Source: an uncultured Acidobacteriota bacterium (GTDB taxonomy: Bacteria; Acidobacteriota; Thermoanaerobaculia; UBA5066; Gp7-AA6). From it: a stretch of 64,000 nt of DNA. Where the stretch lies: assembly GCA_963725095.1 (NCBI GenBank), contig CAVRXJ010000007.1:107287-171286 (forward strand), given 5' to 3'. Shown here piece by piece: positions 61,518-64,000 of this stretch. How positions within the stretch are numbered: position 1 is the stretch's first letter; each line of letters starts with the position of its first letter. The notes beneath the pieces are model-generated. The model saw only the letters and a program-made list of their open reading frames with translations. It was not told the origin of the DNA and did not search any database. A program made the position numbers and the translations under genes.

Positions 61518-61967
61518 ATGCTGGGCGAGTTGAGCCCCGCTCGGATCGAACGTCTCCTTCGGCGTGAAGTGATCGGGCGTATCGGGTGCCATGCGGACGC
61601 GAGGACGTACGTCGTGCCCGTCACGTACGCCTACCAAGAGGGAACCGTCTACGGGCACACGGCCGATGGGCTGAAGGTCCGGATGATGCGAAGCAACCCC
61701 GACGTCTGCTTCGAGGTCGATCGCATCGAGAATCTCGCCAACTGGGAAAGCGTGATCGCCCGAGGGACCTTCGAGGAGCTTCGGGGCGAGGCGGCGCTGC
61801 GGGCCATGGACCTGCTCATCGAGCGGCTGCGCCCGCTCACGACCAGCGCGACCGGGCCATCCCTCCTCGACCGCGCGCCACAGGGCACGCGGCGGGAGAC
61901 GGACGGCGGGTTGTTGACCTACCGGATCGTGTTGACGGAAAAGAGCGGCCGGTTCGAGAGAACGTAG
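61518..61967 (+). CDS. Pyridoxamine 5'-phosphate oxidase-like flavin-binding protein
   Basis: IGRIGC, YVVPVTY, GLKVRMMRSNPDVCFEVD, WESVIARG. Confidence 0.88.
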   Translation: MLGELSPARIERLLRREVIGRIGCHADARTYVVPVTYAYQEGTVYGHTADGLKVRMMRSNPDVCFEVDRIENLANWESVIARGTFEELRGEAALRAMDLLIERLRPLTTSATGPSLLDRAPQGTRRETDGGLLTYRIVLTEKSGRFERT

Positions 61968-61973
61968 CCCCCG

Positions 61974-63224
61974 CTACCAGCCCCCGGCGAGAAGAGCGCC
62001 GGCCCACGCCGCCAGGACCACGAGCACCAGCCCGGGGATCGTCTGCATGGCGAAACGCCGCCCGCCGGCCGTCGCCGCCACGATCGCCTTGGTGACCGCG
62101 TTGGTGGTGAACCCTGCCAGAATCGGCAGGACGGCCTCGGCCGCCGTCGTCTTTCCCGCCGCGACGAGGGAAGACGCCGAGATCGCGGCCGCGTGCGTGT
62201 CGGCGAATCCCGCCAGCGCGACGGCGATCAAGAGCCCCCGCGGACCGCTCCATTGGTTGACCGCTGCGGACAGGAGGAGGACGGCGGAGACCGTCGCGGC
62301 GAAGATCACCGAGGTCCTCAGGTCGAACGCGCGCCCCGGCGAGACCTCCGCCGCACCGGGGCCACGGGCCAGTCGGAATGCGAAGAGCAGCCCGTAGCCG
62401 GCGGCCGCGACGCCCGCAAAGAGCAGCGGCATCTTCATCGCCTCCAGCGTCGCCCGGCTCGTGGCCGCAAGGACGATCACCATCTGCACCACCGTGGCGA
62501 CGGTCGAAAGGACCGCGCCCGCCACCGCCGCCCGGCGAAGCTCGGGCTGTCTGGCGGCACGCTGCCCCATCGCTCCGATCGTCGCGGCGCTCGACACGAA
62601 CCCGGACGCCAGGCCCGAGAGGGGAAGCCCCAGGCGAGGCCCCAGCATCCGCAGGGCAACGTACCCCGAAGCCGAGATTCCCATGACCAGGATCGCGAGC
62701 TTCCAGAGAACGCGTGGATTCAGCGCGCCGAACGGCCCGACGTTGCGGTCCGGGGTCAGTGGAAGCACGACGAGGGCCGCGGCGGCGAACAGCAGCGCGT
62801 CGTGCAGCTCCTGCTCGGTGAGAATCCTCCGGACGAACCGGTGCAGCCCCGTCCGCGCCGCCAGGAGGATCGCGACGACGACGGCCAGACCGGCGGCCAG
62901 CGCGGGCTGGCGGACCGCCAGCGCGCCGAGCAGGAACGTCGTCAACAATGCGACCTCGGTCGTCAGACCCGGGTCCGCCCCGCGGCTGCGAAAATAGGCA
63001 ACCGCCGCGAGGGCTCCGACGGCGAGGACCGCGGCCACGAGGACCGTCTCCCCGCCGATCGAAAGGCTCACGCCGCCGGCCAGCGCCACGAGCGCGAAGG
63101 TCCGGATGCCCGCCACCCCTCGCTTGGCCCCGCTTCCCTTGCGCCGCTCGCGCTCGGCGCCGATCAGGAGCCCGATCCCGAGCGAGACCGCCAGCCGCAC
63201 CCAGAGCGCCTCGGTCCAGGCCAT
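61974..63224 (-). CDS. MgtC/SapB plus DUF4010 membrane protein
   Basis: IGLLIGAERE, AGIRTF, GLTTE, GFVSSAAT, GFAD.HA. Confidence 0.88.
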   Translation of the reverse strand: MAWTEALWVRLAVSLGIGLLIGAERERRKGSGAKRGVAGIRTFALVALAGGVSLSIGGETVLVAAVLAVGALAAVAYFRSRGADPGLTTEVALLTTFLLGALAVRQPALAAGLAVVVAILLAARTGLHRFVRRILTEQELHDALLFAAAALVVLPLTPDRNVGPFGALNPRVLWKLAILVMGISASGYVALRMLGPRLGLPLSGLASGFVSSAATIGAMGQRAARQPELRRAAVAGAVLSTVATVVQMVIVLAATSRATLEAMKMPLLFAGVAAAGYGLLFAFRLARGPGAAEVSPGRAFDLRTSVIFAATVSAVLLLSAAVNQWSGPRGLLIAVALAGFADTHAAAISASSLVAAGKTTAAEAVLPILAGFTTNAVTKAIVAATAGGRRFAMQTIPGLVLVVLAAWAGALLAGGW

Positions 63225-64000
63225 CACCGCCCCCCCGCTGGCACCCCGTCTCCCCGCGACAGGATCTCGCGCGCGCGTTCGAGAGCTTCATCCAGGTCGT
63301 CGGCCAGGTTCTGCCTTCCGTAGCGGTCGAGCCTCCCGGCCCGCTCGAGGGCGACCAGCGGCTGCGCCTGCAGCCCCGCGATCAGGAAGGCCACACGGTG
63401 CTTGACCGAGCTCTCGTAGAGGTCGTCCAGCACCCGGATCCCCGTCGCGTCGATCGCGGGGACGTTGCGCATGCGCAGGACGAAGACTTTCGGACGCCGC
63501 GCGACAAACGAGAGAACGTCCTTGAGCTTCTCCGCCGCCGCGAAGAAGAACGGGCCGTTGATCTCGTATACCTCGACCCCGGCGGGAATCTCGCGCCGTG
63601 CGACACCGCCCGGATCCTGGAGCATCGTGCCGTCGGTGCCCTCGCGGAACTCGCGCGTCACCGTCTCGACGTTGGTCACCTCGGCCATACGGCGGATGAA
63701 GAGGAACGCCGCCAGGACGATGCCGACCTGGACCGCGACGGAGAGGTCCACCAGAACCGTCAGGAGGAACGTGGCGAGAAGGACGCTCACGTCGCTCTTG
63801 GGCGAGCGGAAGAGCGTCGCGAAGGACCTCCACTCGCTCATGTGGTACGCCACGACGGTCAGGATCGCCGCCAGGGTCGCGAGCGGCACCAGGCTGACCC
63901 AGCGGCCGAGCAGGAGGAGAACGAGGAGGACCGTCAGCGCATGCGCCATGCCGGCCACCGGGGTGCGCCCGCCGTTCTTGACGTTGGTCGCCGTGCGGGC
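63224..64000 (-). CDS. SulP-family anion permease with STAS domain (5' part outside window)
   Basis: ARTATNVKNGGRTP, IVLAAFLFIRRM, YEINGPFFF, MRNVPAIDATG. Confidence 0.92.
   Translation of the reverse strand, partial: ARTATNVKNGGRTPVAGMAHALTVLLVLLLLGRWVSLVPLATLAAILTVVAYHMSEWRSFATLFRSPKSDVSVLLATFLLTVLVDLSVAVQVGIVLAAFLFIRRMAEVTNVETVTREFREGTDGTMLQDPGGVARREIPAGVEVYEINGPFFFAAAEKLKDVLSFVARRPKVFVLRMRNVPAIDATGIRVLDDLYESSVKHRVAFLIAGLQAQPLVALERAGRLDRYGRQNLADDLDEALERAREILSRGDGVPAGGR

Noticed and set aside
1-64000. CRISPR arrays, rRNA, tRNA, transposases, selenocysteine recoding
   Set aside because: None seen by eye, and the hydrogenase L2 motif has normal Cys codons. A covariance-model scan is still needed to exclude small RNAs.

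Overview
A GC-rich bacterial window, plausibly Acidobacteriota (inferred from gene content only). Many genes carry single-base indels that look like long-read errors, so several gene boundaries are reconstructed across frames. 1-12 kb: cell-surface glycosylation genes, a Ser/Thr kinase, a beta-barrel protein, Ku, DUF72 and glycogen phosphorylase. 12-64 kb: a low-oxygen energy island. It holds (i) Rieske/cytochrome b/nine-heme cytochrome c; (ii) a membrane-bound group 1 [NiFe]-hydrogenase operon with hypFCDE, hypAB and a Ni permease; (iii) NnrS, Fhs, a Crp/Fnr regulator and a radical SAM enzyme; (iv) a GltD/NfnB-like flavoprotein, Rieske, cytochrome b and pentaheme cytochrome c leading into a clade II nosZBDFLY cluster; (v) a class I benzoyl-CoA reductase pathway (oah-SDR-had-dch-bcrCBAD); (vi) PAS-LuxR, USP and SulP genes. 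Best candidate for a new system: a stand-alone formyltransferase and a stand-alone crotonase, translationally coupled between hypE and hypA. Together they match the two domains of the CO-making maturase HypX, and an Fhs gene nearby could supply formyl-THF. Also notable: two recurring palindromes (ATGAC-N4-GTCAT and TGATGC-N4-GCATCA) upstream of the island's operons, and two paralogues of an unrecognised Cys-rich protein. No rRNA, tRNA, CRISPR or mobile element was seen.
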